A stretch of DNA of 64,000 nt, taken from NCBI RefSeq assembly GCF_037042905.1, contig NC_087245.1:39062001-39126000 (forward strand), read 5' to 3'. Shown piece by piece: positions 38,000 to 52,149 of the stretch (the stretch's first letter is position 1; each line of letters begins with the position of its first letter). The position numbers and the translations under genes are program-made. The notes beneath the pieces are model-generated. The model searched no databases. It was not told where the DNA came from and saw only the letters and a list, made by a program, of their open reading frames with translations. Origin of the DNA: Lytechinus pictus. Taxonomy: Eukaryota.

Positions 38000-40262
38000 A
38001 ATGAGGTATAAATCAGAGACAAAAAAAATAAAATGACAGCTAGAAAGAGAGATAAACATATAAAGAGATAGAAAAGGAGGCAGAAAAAAAAGAGGGAGAA
38101 AGGAAAACACTAAAGAGGGAACATTAATCAGAATAGGTATTTCAGATTAAAAAGTATGGCATGCATCCCTTCATCCCCCATAGATAACGAATTCAAATAT
38201 AAACTGTAGAACCGTAGTCAACATGTAAATTTCCATTTCTTCTTCTTGAAAAGATCTCATTTTAAGTCAACAATGAACATAAACAATTAATTTCAGTCTG
38301 AGTTGAAACATAAGCATGCAACTAAACACATTCCACTAATGATTTGGTTTGAGCATTTGAGAATGGTACAAAACAAATTTGGATAGAAGATGTTTTGAAA
38401 AAAAAAAAACATTTTCTATTGCAGCTGACGGGCCATTATGGAATATTTATTCATATGTTCCACTTTTCTTATAGGCATCCATTATGTAAAAAAAAGAGAA
38501 CATAAACATGTGATATTTCACCTTTTTCTTCAGTAAGAAAATTGAATCATTCTGACAATACAATCATTCAACGCACCATTGAGTTTCAATTTAAATATCT
38601 TATGAAATGTAAAACTTAGGATGGTCCGCTGCATAAAATCAAATTGCACAAATTCAAAACGACAATCCCCACAATCTGCTGCTGTTACACAGAACCCTTT
38701 AAAGCATATACGAACCAATAGCGCCATCTCGAGTCCTCAACTACTCATACCTGGCCAGTTTCCTGACCCACAATGCTAGTGTAGTCTAGTAAAATAGACC
38801 CACTTGAATGATAACATGCTAATTACACTACTCAATACATTTATACCACAATCATCATGTTACCAAGTAGCAAAACAATTACTTTTCCTCTCAAAACATT
38901 TTAGTTCCTCTTTACAAATACGATTATAGGTCAAGTTATTATCTGCAGTATTAGTAGATGTCTGACAATGTATATATCAAGACTACGTATTTATAACACA
39001 GTCAATGAGAGACCACACACAGTTCACTCCCACTTTAAAATATCAAAGGGAATACGAAGCTCTGAGAAGCAAGTATCTTATTAACACTTTCCCTAGAAAA
39101 TGATCAAGATCGTCAAACCTGTATATGAAGACCATCCCGGGGAAACTTGATAGTGGTCTTGATGGATACAAATAGTGGTCGGTTTGATACAAATTTGAAT
39201 GAAAAAATGATCCATCATACTAAAACAAGTAAAACTACATTTAAAAGTGTAAGAGGTATTATACAATGCTATTTTTTAAGTGGATTAATGCTAGCATTTA
39301 TCAGAATTGAGAAAGCATGAATAAAAAAGAAGATGGCTGGCAAATAAAATTTACTTCAAGTAGCAAACTCAATAAATCCCTCACCAGTATCCATGCAGCA
39401 TTACAAATTTAAAAGTAGAAGAAATTGTGAAAATTGGCATAAAATTCTTCACAATACGTTGCACACTGTATACACAAACATATGCCTATTCACATTCATC
39501 AGGAATAAGACTGATTCTGAAAAAAAATCATACTGAATCTACAAAATTATACAGGATAGATGTGCACTCTCAATGTACCTTAAAGTGCATTTATAACTAA
39601 CAAGTTTGAATGTAATATATGCACCGGAAAACAACGATAGGGCTCGGTTACACAGAGGATTGCAATCAATTACCAGAAAGCAATGACCAATCGAGATCGT
39701 GTTTGCATGTGCCTCTTGTTCAAAACACTGACCAGGAACCAATCAGAATTGTTCTTACACACATCCTTTGCAGTGTGCTCTTATTAATACTGATAAAATA
39801 TGGAACCAATACAATACCTAGCAAGGGGTAATAAGATGACAATAGCTTTGTTTCAAACATGTTAAAAGCATTTCATGCAAATATATATTATTATATTCTT
39901 AAGTCATCCATTACCAATACAACATGAAACAAAATTTGTATACTTCATAAATCATGTGAAATTCTACTAGAAACAAAGCTCATTATTTTAACATTGGGTT
40001 AATGAACAAATGAGATAATACCATACTTGGGTCATACTCATACATGTACTTTTTCACCAACCAAATTCAAATTCCAAGAAATATATCCTCTGTAATTTTC
40101 TGAAGTTCAATGATGGAGGAATTTATTTTTCAACAAGCACTTGTGATAAATGCTTGATGTGCTACGATGTTTATCAGGGGGAAAATTACAATGGGGCTCC
40201 GACCAAAATATTGTCCCCAAAATGCTCAAAAGGGCCCTGGAAATCCCCATTCATTGCAATAT

Positions 40263-40826
40263 TAAAGCAATATTGACTGGCCTCTGGGCGATACGGCATA
40301 TATCGCCCAAACTAGATTTATATCGCCCGAGTCGTAGACGAGGGTGATATCAATTTAGTGAGGGCGATATATGTCCTTTCGCCCCCAGGCCAGTCAATAT
40401 TGCTATTATTAACCAAATCAGACATCTAGAGCAAAAATCGTTAAAATTTAGATATTTCAAAGTTTAAGAATGAGAATCTAGTTTGTCATGTTGAGCAGAC
40501 TGGGCCTCTGAACTTTACCATTGTAGCTTAATTGAAATGACGCGTCCCTGGCTTAGGGACGCAGTATCCAGCGTTGTCTCAACTTGATTACCATTGTGAC
40601 GTATAGCAGTGCGCGATTCATGGACGCGTACAATACCCGGATCTTAGCTCTGCTTTATTGCCCGCTACATTTCCACGCATTTTCTCATTGACTTTCCTGA
40701 GCGGGCAATGAATTGGGCCCGTGGATAAACAATTGGAAATTTATTGACCGGCCATTTGATCCCAGTCTTAAGCAGGCAACAATGTATCAAAGTTGCCCTG
40801 CTCAGATGTCTGATAAGGATAATAAT
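40263..40826. repeat. Interspersed repeat with an internal palindrome; inverted copy at 50201-50712
   Basis: Direct comparison shows high identity to the reverse complement of 50201-50712. Confidence 0.9.
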
Positions 40827-41939
40827 AAAAATTATGCAATATTTAGGCAGTAAGTGGAAAGCAGTCCCCCAAAATAATTATTTTTCACCCCTGATGTTTC
40901 CATTTTTGTTTGGGGTACTCTGGCCACAAGCTCAGTTTCTTTTTTTTTTAAAGAAGAGCTCTACCCTGACATAAGGTCAGCTTTTAATAATCAAAGCAAA
41001 ACAAAATAGAGAAAATGCCAATAAAGATATTAAACAGAAGAATATTGAAGAATCGTAAAGTTCGGAATTCAAAGGCAAATGTTGTGGCATCACAAGCGAG
41101 CAGCTGCCCCATATGTCATGTCATGCGAATTAAATAATTTTCCATTATATTATTTAATAATTCAAGATGACTAAAAAAATATTGTATCAGGTGATATATT
41201 AAAATGCAAAGGTTGAAGTCATTTCTTTATTTTCTTTTTAAAGAAAATTGTATCTCATAGAATTTATATTACATGACATTACTGGGAATCTGTTGGTTAT
41301 GTGACAAAGAAAAAATATACTGAATATCAAGATAAATTGGTGGATCTTCACCGATCCCTACCGATCTGTGTCTCTAAATTTTCTGCTTTTATTCCAACTT
41401 GATGTTGGATGAATTTTCCCTATGAGAGTGGTCTTTCAATGCAAGCATTCATGTAAAAGTTTCTTACATCAATTTGGCATCATTAACACTGCAAACAAAA
41501 GTTGAAATACATCATGTTTGCTTCACGATCTTTGGTAATCTTTCCTGACTAGGTTGCACAAGTTTCTGGCTGTGAGGAGGTAGCAAGTGTACTTGACTTG
41601 ACTTGAATACACAACGAATGAATTAATTCATTTGGCGTTGCATTTTAATGCAAATTGTTGACCTACATGTATATTCCTAAAGTGAACACTCCCCTCTTTT
41701 GTTTTAGTGCCATTTTAAGAAATGGTATTGCCCTATGATTTTTTTCTTTATTTGAGCCCTGGGATAGCTCATACACACATGAAGATATATGGAGATACAT
41801 GATAGGCCATGTTGCATAAAAACTTACAATAGTTGAAATTAAGCTCTCGTGGTCTCTACCATGGATTTGATTGGCTCCAGAGCCATGTTACCATGGTAAT
41901 TAAGAGAATGGCAAAGCAGCCACAAAATATTGTCCCCTG

Positions 41940-42151
41940 GGGGGGGGGGGGTGTTTCACAAAGATTTAAATTTGACTTAGAGTCCCACTTAAACTCCCAG
42001 TTGCGTACGGTATAGAAGACATCACTACATTGGTCAGATCACGCGCACTACCGCGTATCCATCGATCAGATTGCACGCTGCATATCACGTGCGCGTCGGC
42101 AGTTAAGTGCGACTTTAATAAGTCATACTTAAATCTTTGTGAAACACACCC
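41940..42151. mobile_element. MITE (Harbinger-like, CWG flanks)
   Basis: TIR gtgtttcacaaagatttaa / ttaaatctttgtgaaacac; partial copy at about 59435-59565. Confidence 0.8.
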
Positions 42152-42291
42152 CTGGTTGGCAGAGAGAAGGGAGGATGGATCCACGTGCTTGCTGATTCTC
42201 AATCTCTGTGCAGCTGGCATAAGGGCATTAACTCAAGTGCACAAAATGTACACAAAAATGCACAATAGATAACGACCTTCTACCTGACCAG

Positions 42292-42420
42292 GGGCCCGTA
42301 ACACAAAGCTTAGCAATGATCGTAGAACATTTTTCTACGATTGATTCCGTTGACTACAATGTACAATCAATCGTGAAAATCAGGCGTACGATCAATCGCT
42401 AACCTTTGTGTTACGGGACC
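42292..42420. mobile_element. MITE (Harbinger-like, CWG flanks)
   Basis: TIR cccgtaacacaaag / ctttgtgttacggg. Confidence 0.8.
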
Positions 42421-42540
42421 CTGCATGAATGGAAATTGACGTAAGCATTAATCCCAACGCCCTTCTGACACCGAGGTGACGACATGTAATCAATTGCTTT
42501 GCAATGGGGCCAAGGATCATTCCAGCATGGGCAGTTGAAA

Positions 42541-42618
42541 TCAGATGTCCTTTGTGACAAGTGCTATACTGTGATCCACCGAACAAGCCATATGGGAGAC
42601 TTGACCAGGAAGAGAGAC
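42541..42618 (-). CDS. RCC1L: RCC1-like protein, last coding exon (VSLPGQVSHMACSVDHSIALVTKDI*)
   Basis: tcttttcag acceptor, phase 0, TGA at 42543-42541; resembles the WBSCR16 C-terminus as I recall it (VTMPGEPVDVACGVDHMV). Confidence 0.9.
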   Translation of the reverse strand, partial: VSLPGQVSHMACSVDHSIALVTKDI

Positions 42619-44275
42619 CTGAAAAGACAATGTTTATGACAGGAATAGGCATGTAAGAGTAGAGCATAAGAATAAGAATGACATTAAACAAATATATCAG
42701 GCTTTGAGAAAGTATAGTGGAATTATTTATCCGAGGTTGGTCTGGCAATTACTATTTTTCCCAGAGGGGCGAAGCCCCGAGGGAAATATAGTAGTTTTGC
42801 CAGTCCAACCGTTAGTTATCATCAGAACTATCTGTTTTGAGCTATGATTTTATGATTTCAAAAAGATCAGTTTACATTAATTAACTAGATCATGACATAT
42901 GACATGGTGACAATTAACCTAGATCTGAAAGACTTTCTCATAAAATACTTGTTTTCTACAACTACTTTCTTTTACTTTTAATTGCAATGCAAATTTTAAA
43001 TTGTTGAAATGTAGGATCATTGTATGAAATTTGCTACTGATCATTGACTACCGGTAGTCGCCATCTTTTTTTTATCTGTTACTAGTTTGGCATCTTCTTA
43101 GCCCCCTACCCTACCGTTGCAATACAATCACCCCTCCCCAACTACCTTATTAAGAATACTTTTATCCCCCCACCAAGTAGAGGATTGTCTTTAAACTTCA
43201 ATTTGGAATGCAACTTAAAATGAAAGGATGCCAATTTGATTGGCCTCGATGCTCCTCTCTTTGGGCTTGGATAATTTTTTGGTGCCCTTTTTTTTTTCAT
43301 GTTTAATGTAACATAAAAGTGTGCCCTTTTGAAAAATGGCCTTGCCCCTACAGTATCAAACTTTAAGCCCTGCACCTATTCACCTTAATATCAAGATTTT
43401 TTTCTTATATCAGCATATGAAGAGCTCACTTTCAAAAGGGGTTAGGTCCATTTTTCATCAAATTAGATTTTTTTTTGTCTCAATGTAAAGATTTTTAGTA
43501 GCTCTATAAGATGATACCAATGATAAGTTGAAATTCCCATTTAACAAAAAGACAAAGAAAAATCACCTTTTTTTTTCAAAATGGGTTAGGTTAATTTTAT
43601 GTTCATATAATAGGGTAGTACATCATAACAAATTAGTTTCTCATAACAATATTGCAATAAGCAATATAAAAACATAATTTTTCTCGGAATGGTCCAAAGT
43701 GGACCTAACCGCTTTTGCAACCAAACTCTTCATACAATTATCTTAAAACTTCATTCAGTAATGCATCTTACTTTGAGATAGAAAAAAAAACTAGTCCCCC
43801 ACCTTATAACTACCATATTAAGAATACCAGTATATATAGGCCTATTCTTTTTTTCAGTGATGGATACATATCTCAAACTTAATTGCCTATACTTGGAGAT
43901 AGAGACAAAATTGCCCCTCCAACACTTCTTAACCTTATCAACAATATTCTTTTTTCTACTAGCAAAGAATTATCTTAAGCTTCAATTATGAATGCCTCTT
44001 ACATAGCTGTCAACCCTTACAGGCAATTATAGGGGATAAAATACTAAGACTTCTCCAGAAATAGGAACATTTTTAAATTTTCTGTTCAATATTATGGAAA
44101 ATCTTTTCATACTCAGGAACACACAGATTAAAATGACAATTTTCTATCCTCTAAATTAGGAATGTTCCTATGTAATAGAAACACTTGACAGGTATGAAAT
44201 TACTTTGAGAGGAATATAAATATGGCACCACCCCCATTCTCCTAACGATATCAAGAATACCCTTTTTTCAATTAA

Positions 44276-44870
44276 AGGGATGGTCCGAGCTGAAAATATC
44301 TATATCGAAATAAATAGAGTAAAATTCACAGAGCAAAATGCTGAAAATTTCATCAAAATCACAAAACAAATAACAAATAATTTTAAAGTTCATCAATATT
44401 TTGTGAAAACAGTTATATGCACATCGTCATGAATATTCATTGGGTGGGCTGATGATGTCACATCCCAACTTTCCTTTTTCTTATATAAATATGTAATTAC
44501 ATGAAATCATAATTGTTTCATTTTTTCATATATGTGTAAATGATGTGTCTCCATTATGATGAAATAAGTTGAGGCAATAAATAACTAATGCACTTAATCA
44601 GTAGTCAATCCAATTGTTTTAGTTCTTGGTAGAAAAATTTTGAATAAACCTAATTTCATATACAGAACAAGTGGGGGATATGACATCATCAGCCCACCTA
44701 ATGAATATTCATAAGACATGCCTAGAACTGTTTCGCCGGAATAATGCAAATCTTTAAAATTCAATAACTTTGTCATTTGTTATCGAATTTTGATCAAATT
44801 TTCAGCACTTTGCATTGTGGATTTTACTCTATTTATTGAGATATAAATATATCCAGCCTGGACCATCCCT
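44276..44870. mobile_element. TTAA-flanked non-autonomous DNA transposon (Kolobok-like)
   Basis: TIR agggatggtcc / ggaccatccct, TTAA on both sides, long internal inverted symmetry; close copy at 54513-55116. Confidence 0.85.
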
Positions 44871-44912
44871 TTAAAGAATCATCTGAAAATTTTAATTGGT
44901 CAAATGACTTAC

Positions 44913-44998
44913 TTTGAGAGGAAAGTACTGGCTGTGGAGCTGACCAAGTCCGAGACATCCCGATCCATTGGTTCCCCATGTATACAGGTCACCTTTAT
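44913..44998 (-). CDS. RCC1L: RCC1L exon (NKGDLYTWGTNGSGCLGLGQLHSQYFPLK)
   Basis: AG/GT boundaries, phase 1-0, RCC1 repeat motif. Confidence 0.93.
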
Positions 44999-45505
44999 CT
45001 AGAAGAAAAACAGTCATCAATCAAGATGATGGTAAGAGGACTGCAGAAGAACCCTCACCTGGTGGATTGACTCTATGAAGTCAGAAGATGGACAATCAAA
45101 TCACTTGGAATGTGGAGTCTTCTCACTTCATCAGATTCTTTAAAAGCTTGGCCCTTCTATTATACATCCCCTTGAATATGTGGTTTACAAAATCCCTTTT
45201 CATGACGTTACTTGGGTTATATATGTTGATTCTTTCGTTAATATACAATCACATATCGACCGTCGCAGTGAACACAATTGCTCATCTGGTAGTTTCTACA
45301 AGCAGAATTTGCACACAGGTCACTCACATTTTCTCGGATTGCATGGACAGAAATCCGAGTTAATCTTTGTAAGATACCAACACACAAGTCTCATAGCGTT
45401 TTGCATATTTTAGTCATAGCCATTTCTGATCAATTTGCTCAAACAAACATACAATATGTCACCTGTGTATAAATTTGTGGATTAAAGCCAATACATGTAC
45501 ACATA

Positions 45506-45740
45506 CAGTGGTGCTCAAAAGTTAGTGCACCCCCACCTGAAAATGAACATATTCAAAATGTTCGAGCTCTGCCATTTTTTTTTAGGTATGTAATTGTGAA
45601 GTCAGGTGATAAAATATTACATTCAATAAAGTTTGTTTCTCTTGCGCTCGCCTGACATTGTAGTGTTGTTGTCTACATTCAACACTCAGCATGAAGGAGT
45701 GCATTTTGTGGTGGGGTTCATTAACTTTTGAGCACAACTG
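45506..45740. mobile_element. Tc1/mariner-type MITE
   Basis: TA-CAGTGGTGCTCAAAAGTTA ... taacttttgagcacaactg inverted ends. Confidence 0.7.
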
Positions 45741-45833
45741 GACATGTATATGCAGTCATCTTCATTCTAGCGGGGGAAAAATAGTTAACCATCCAAGGGG
45801 CCTAAGCTCTCATTACCAAACAAAAAAACTTAC

Positions 45834-46007
45834 TTGTGACTGCAGCAAAGTAGTGAAGACCGCACCAGACCTTGGTCACGGCTACATCCGTCTTCATGCG
45901 TGATTTACCAAATAAAGACATGTCTATACACTCTGGAACAGCAGTGTCTGTTAACTTGGGACCTCTACCTAAAAAGCCATATCCCCAAACCCATACCTCT
46001 CCAGATT
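45834..46007 (-). CDS. RCC1L: RCC1L exon (ESGEVWVWGYGFLGRGP...CGLHYFAAVT)
   Basis: AG/GT boundaries, phase 1-1; VWGYGxLGxGP is characteristic of WBSCR16. Confidence 0.93.
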
Positions 46008-47799
46008 CTGATATAGATGGAAAGAAAAAAAAATCATTTTATATATACATCGTATCATCAAATTTATTCAGGAAAGAAGATAGAACACTCCTTTGCTAAA
46101 ATGAGAAATTTGCACAGATTCAAGGATAATCCAATGCAAAATATAAATGACTAATTAAATGTGTATTTCATTGCTGACTACCAAGCAATGGGGACATCAC
46201 AAATCATAATTTGGTAAAATATGTAGAGGGAAAAACTCTAGCTCATATTATTAACTAAGATTAACACACCCCATCCAAAACACACCATCTATGATAAATC
46301 GATAGGAAACAAGCAATATTAATCTATACATATCAAGCTTTGTGATTAGATAAAAAGACAGAGGAGACTTGAAATTTGATGGGCTGCAATAATTGCCAAA
46401 TGATTGAAAAGATAAATCAACAGAAAATAAAATACGATTTCTCAGCTCTGAGGTATAAGCATATGGGGATTTAATTGAAAAATCTACATTCTGGTAAATG
46501 AACACTTGCCAGCAGAATTATTCAACTCGTAAGCTTTAGTTCTTTCAGAAATGAAATACATGTGTAACATCAATAAAATACATCCCTTAAGACCAGCAGA
46601 ACTAAAAATTAATCATTCACTTACGATTTGTGGTTGAAAATACAATTTGCATTGACTTTGTACACAAAATTATGTTTGTTTAAAGCAATTTTTAGTCTTG
46701 ACATGCACTTACAAAATGTTGCATAATTTCCAAAATGTGTACCCGGGCATCGTAAATTTGGTCTCAAAAGATGCGCAAGACTCAAAAGTAAAATGTCAGC
46801 AGGCGGCGCTGTCAAAAAATGTATGCGGCGGAAATATTGCGCATATCGTCGAGGGGGGGCCTCAGAGGTCCCCCCCCGCCTAGATCAAGCCCACAAAGCA
46901 AGTAATAGAATATCTGTAAAGCATTTTATAGAGACCTCATTTAAATTTGTCTTTCTTGGTGTCAGCACTGAATAGGCTCTATTGCCTAAGCTCAGGGGTG
47001 TGAGTGGTCACAAATAAAAAGATCTGAAAAAAGCTGAAGAGTGTTGAAAAAGTCTGAAATAGAAAGAGCTCCCATACTTTTTTGTACAGAGGAAGGCCAA
47101 AAATAAGCTGAAATTAAGCTGAAAATCAAAACAAAAAAATCTGAAATCAGATAAAAATCTGAACTCTCACACCCCTGTTAGTTGTCCAATGTTCATGAAA
47201 TTGTTGTTTGTGACTATATATTGACATGTTTGTGACTGTACATGTATATTCAATGCATGGATGACGTGAACGATTGAATCCTTGATTTATGAAGAGATAG
47301 AATGCTATATAAATCAAGCTGATTGTTATTATAATTATTATTTCAACTAGATGTTGGTCACATTTTGGACATGAGTTGCAATTGATCCGATCGATCGCAA
47401 CTACGGACGGCCAGCAATGTCAACATCTATTACGCATGTGTGTTCAAAATATTTTCCAGCTATGATGTATATTCATGCATTCATCGTTGTCTTGAAAATT
47501 CGCTGTGCTTCTCTTTGTTTACAAAGGACATTGTGCACATTTCCTGTAGAAAAAATTATGACACTGATGGATTTCCATAGAGTTACGATTGATTGGGTCA
47601 ATTGTAACTCTTTGTAAGATAGGGCCCTGGTGGGTTGACTGCCCTTTTTCAAAAGCAAAATGCCATGTACAATTATTTTACTTCTCTTTGCTATTCTATC
47701 TCCATCGAGTGAGCCTAACCATGCCAAAATTGATTGGCAAGGGCATTGATTCATCATGACCCTCTGATCACTAGTTCAAATGCATCATTAGAGTCCATA

Positions 47800-48270
47800 A
47801 AAACTGATTTATCCCCACTTCAAGTCAATTATACCAAGAAAATATCCGAGGAAGTTTTACTTGAACCTGAAGCAGCAGGTTGATATATTTTAAGGAGAGG
47901 AACCAGAATGTTAGCAGATCAGAAGCTTGAGGAACTACCTGATGCTGGTAGCCATTCTGAGTGGTGCTACGAGGAGCTGTGATGTTGACCAACAATACCA
48001 TACAAAGAGAATTAAAAAGTGCCATAAAATACCATGGGAACACAATTAAAAGGGTATGTTATCACAAAACGGTATGATTTTTTTTGCCTGACCAAGGTCA
48101 TTGTAAACTGTGACCGGTTGTTTTACTGAGTAGCATATCTTGCTAGCTGACAGTCGTGCATTCCCATATACAGAGAAGAACTCTCCATCAGTTGATAGGT
48201 CATCAGGAAAAAAAGTAGCTGATCCAAGTACAGCACTGAAGGAGGAGTGGAAGGATCTAGGCCACAAGGG
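47800..48270 (-). mobile_element. Highly decayed LINE reverse-transcriptase remnant
   Basis: Degenerate VSHGIL and VVPQAS segments resembling AFDxVxHxIL and GVPQGS, with frameshifts. Confidence 0.3.
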
Positions 48271-49419
48271 CCATTAAAAAACAGTTGTTACAGAAGCACA
48301 GGATTTTATGTCAAATGACGACCATGACAGGATCGCGACTTTTAGGCAATTCATTTGAGACAGCAAATCAGTACAATGCAGCTCATTTCAAAATGTCATA
48401 GAACATCAAATCCTGTGACCAGGTTTGGGACCTGCTTGTCTTCCGTGGGGAGACTCCCTAGCCTGCCCTATTTTATAAAGAATGATGAAAAAGTGGAATT
48501 GCCATCTTCGCTAGGTCAAATTGAGATTAGGGATATGACAAGAACTATATGAATAGTGAAAGAAAGAACGTGCACTGATTATCTGCCTCTGTTATGTTTG
48601 TATCTTTGTTATGCTTGTGTATGTTAATTTAAGGCCAACGGAGGCTAAATTTCTGTTTTACAGAAAATAAATACTTGATTTGATCTTTCCTCTTCCGTCC
48701 TTGTCCGAATCTTACCCAAGCCCTTGGGAGGGATAAGCTCCATGTGACACAGAAGTACAAAGAAAGATCATAATGTTAGGGTCTATCTTCACAAGTTCCA
48801 TTAGGGAGACCAAGTCTTATTCTGATATGAACACTCCAAACCTAACCTCACCTCAATCCTTGTATGTCACACTATCAGGAGACATGCAACAGGCATATCT
48901 TGCTATGAACCGGCATTTCGGAGTGAACCTGTGGTAGGCACCAACCCAAAGGTCTTTCGCACATGATGGGTGCGCTACACCACACACCGTTTAGGGTGTC
49001 AAATTTTGCGCGAAACATGTGCATTCCCATAGCAACAAGACCACTTGACATGAAGTGGTTCTAGAAATCAGTTCAGGAGATGGTGGTGAGAATTCTAGCG
49101 AAACGATCTTCTAAACTATTAAAGAAAGTATACTGAGAACGGGTTCAGACACTCTATTTTCTTGTCTTGAATTTGATATATACATGTAATTTGGCTGATA
49201 TTACACATATCTTTCATTCATCAAGAACCCAAAACTCAAAATTTGAAGAAAAGTTGTATAATTCTGCTGGCAACTATATACACAGTTAAACCTGCCTTAG
49301 TGGCCACCTAAACTGTCTCCTGACTGGAAGTAATTTATTCATATAAAACATCATTTATGCTCTTCATATACTTGCTTTAATATTAAAATCATAAACAGAG
49401 CATACAATGTAAAGCTCAC

Positions 49420-49578
49420 CATTTGTTAAGGCACATATCGTCCCTCCCGTGGCAGCACTGGTAATCTTTCCTATTCCCTTGAATGGTAGATGCCGAGGTA
49501 CATAGACTTGGGTATCCTCTGTCACGCATTTGAGTTGATTGTACTCGGAGTTCCCCCATCCAAACAATTCTCCTTTAT
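49420..49578 (-). CDS. RCC1L: RCC1L exon (DKGELFGWGNSEYNQL...GGTICALTN)
   Basis: AG/GT boundaries, phase 1-1; LFGWGNSEY motif. Confidence 0.95.
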
Positions 49579-50200
49579 CTGACCAATACAAATTCAATAA
49601 GAAATCCTGAATCAAACAGTACAAATTCAATAAGAAATCATGAATCAAATGGTAACAAAATCAAGAAGAAATTATGAATTAAACATCAACAACCTCTAAT
49701 AATTGATGGAAAGCCAACATAAATGTGTTAAATTGTTTGGAAAAAATATCAATGCTTATATATAATGTAGCTCACTGGGTTGAAGACAGCTACAAATACC
49801 ACTTTATCTTTTCAAAACAAATAGATTTGCTTTTACTTTACCCTCATATTTTATTTCTTTGTTATGATATAAGCAAAATTCACTTGGAACTACTTTGGTT
49901 ATCATAATACTCTGTACATTATCATTTATGTATTTCTATTGCACTGATACAGGTGAAATATGGAATACACTGGAACTTAAGAATAGGTGCTTTTGCACAT
50001 TACATTACTAAAGTCTGTGAAAATTAATAAGTTGTATATTATATCATTCTTAATGGTAATCTTCTATTTATAGAATAAAATGACACGATTTAAATTTTTA
50101 TTCATATAAATATCAATATCATACTTGTTAAGGACAAGTTTTTATCAATTGTTATTCAACACGAGTGGTTTGAAAAATCTTATAAAATGCTATAAATGTG

Positions 50201-50712
50201 ATTATTAACCGTATCAGATATCTTAGCAGGGCAACTTTGATACATTGTTGCCTGCTTAAGACTGGGATCAAATGGCCGGTCAATAAATTTCCAATTGTTT
50301 ATCCACGGGCCCAATTTATTGCCCGCTCAGGAAAGTCAATGAGAAAATGCATGGAAATGTAGCGGGCAATAAAGCAGAGCTAACATCCGGGTATTCTACG
50401 CGCTTTTGTACACGTCCTTGAATCGTGCAGTGCTAAACGTCCACAATGTTTATCAAGTTGAGACAACACTGGATACTGTCATTTCAATTACGTCACAATG
50501 GTTAAGTTCAGAGGCCCAGTCTGCTCAACGTGACAAACTAGATTCTCATTCTTAAACTTAAAAAAAAATCTAAATTCTAACGATTTTTGCTCTAGATGTC
50601 TAATTGACTGGCCTGGGGGCGAAAGGACATATATTGCCCTCACTAAATTGATATATAAATCTAGTTTGGGCGATATATGTCGTATCGCCCGAGGCCAGTC
50701 AATATTGCTTTA
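50201..50712. repeat. Interspersed repeat, inverted copy of 40263-40826
   Basis: Direct sequence comparison. Confidence 0.9.
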
Positions 50713-50762
50713 TTATCATCATTTATACATAAAAAGCACTGCCAGAGATCAATTATCTTTAC

Positions 50763-50873
50763 CTGAAATGGCAAGACAGCAATCTGCAAGGGTATTGATT
50801 TGAGTAATATGTTCATCCTTTATATCTCCTTCTAATCTTTGTGGGGTACTAGTGTCCTCATAATGCCCGAGAC
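50763..50873 (-). CDS. RCC1L: RCC1L exon (GLGHYEDTSTPQRLEGDI...ADCCLAIS)
   Basis: AG/GT boundaries, phase 1-1. Confidence 0.93.
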
Positions 50874-51813
50874 CTGAATAAAAACGCAATGGAAAATTAT
50901 GGATCTTGCATTCATCAATAACATTATTTTGTAATAATTCTTATTTACCCAGGGTAGCTGCTTCAGCTCTTATGAACTGTTCTCCAATTAAGACCTGCAT
51001 AACATAATGTTAAAATTACCCTTCTCAATTCTTTTTAAACTTTGAGCACCTGACTAGTGCGATTATCGGCAAGGAAATTCTCTGTCGACATGTCGTTAAA
51101 AATATCTTACCAACATCGATAACTATCGACAAATGAACATAATCAATACGTATGTTTTATGCATTGATTAGCGATGTCACATACACGTGCTGGTCAAAAT
51201 TTGTATCTGCCACTGTACCAACATCAGATTAAAAATATTACATGACATCTTTAACAAACATATTTAGCATGAATACATCTTTACTTTTCACGTAGTTAGC
51301 ATTATTTTAGGGATGGATGAAATTTTATTGAAAATTTTGGGGCTTTTTAGACATCGTTCTGAGCAGTCAACGATTTGCACCTATCCGCGATTTTGATATC
51401 GTTCTGTTATATCTTTAAACGTAGAGGGCAGCAACACACGGTACGGCCGTGTGCTGCCTTCTAGCTTTATCCACCTCTATGGTTGGTACGTTTTTTTGGG
51501 GGTCGCTAAATTGAGCTTGCGCTTAATTTAAAATACGATCGAGTGATGAGAGTCGAGTGCAGTCATGATGACTGGATTGTCGTGATTGCAGTGAAGTGAG
51601 ATCGTGCTTTGTGGCTAGTAAGTATTTGCATTTTCTTGAGATTTTGGAGTAATTTCTGTAGCTGTTCTGTGCATTTTGAGGAAAAATAGGTTTTCCGAGA
51701 TTTTCCGTTTGAAAAGCCACTTTCAAAAGGCCATGTTTGCAATCCTTCATTTACAATTTTTGAGGGTGGAGACAAATTGTTTCAAAGTTGTGAAATTAAG
51801 ACTGGTATCTTAC

Positions 51814-51898
51814 CCGTTTGGCCATCAGCTCCCCATCCACAGCTGTATACATGCCCATCTTCAGTCAGAAACAGACTATGATCATGACCACAACACAC
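51814..51898 (-). CDS. RCC1L: RCC1L exon (VCCGHDHSLFLTEDGHVYSCGWGADGQT)
   Basis: AG/GT boundaries, phase 0-1; VYSCGWGADGQTG motif. Confidence 0.95.
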
Positions 51899-52149
51899 CT
51901 AAATGTAAAGATAAAATGCAGATCATATTAGACACGATACCGGTACATGGAATCTTGACCGAGTGCGGTCTAAATTTATGCTTCCGCCAATGCTGCCAGA
52001 TCTGCAATATGTAGTGAATATTTATTTCTTGGTATTTTTAAGACAAATAAATCATGAAAAAGGGGACAGAAAAATAATTTTAAACAGAAATATTCAAGTA
52101 AAACACCCAATGATATACTTACATGAAATAACTGTAAATGTGAACTTAC

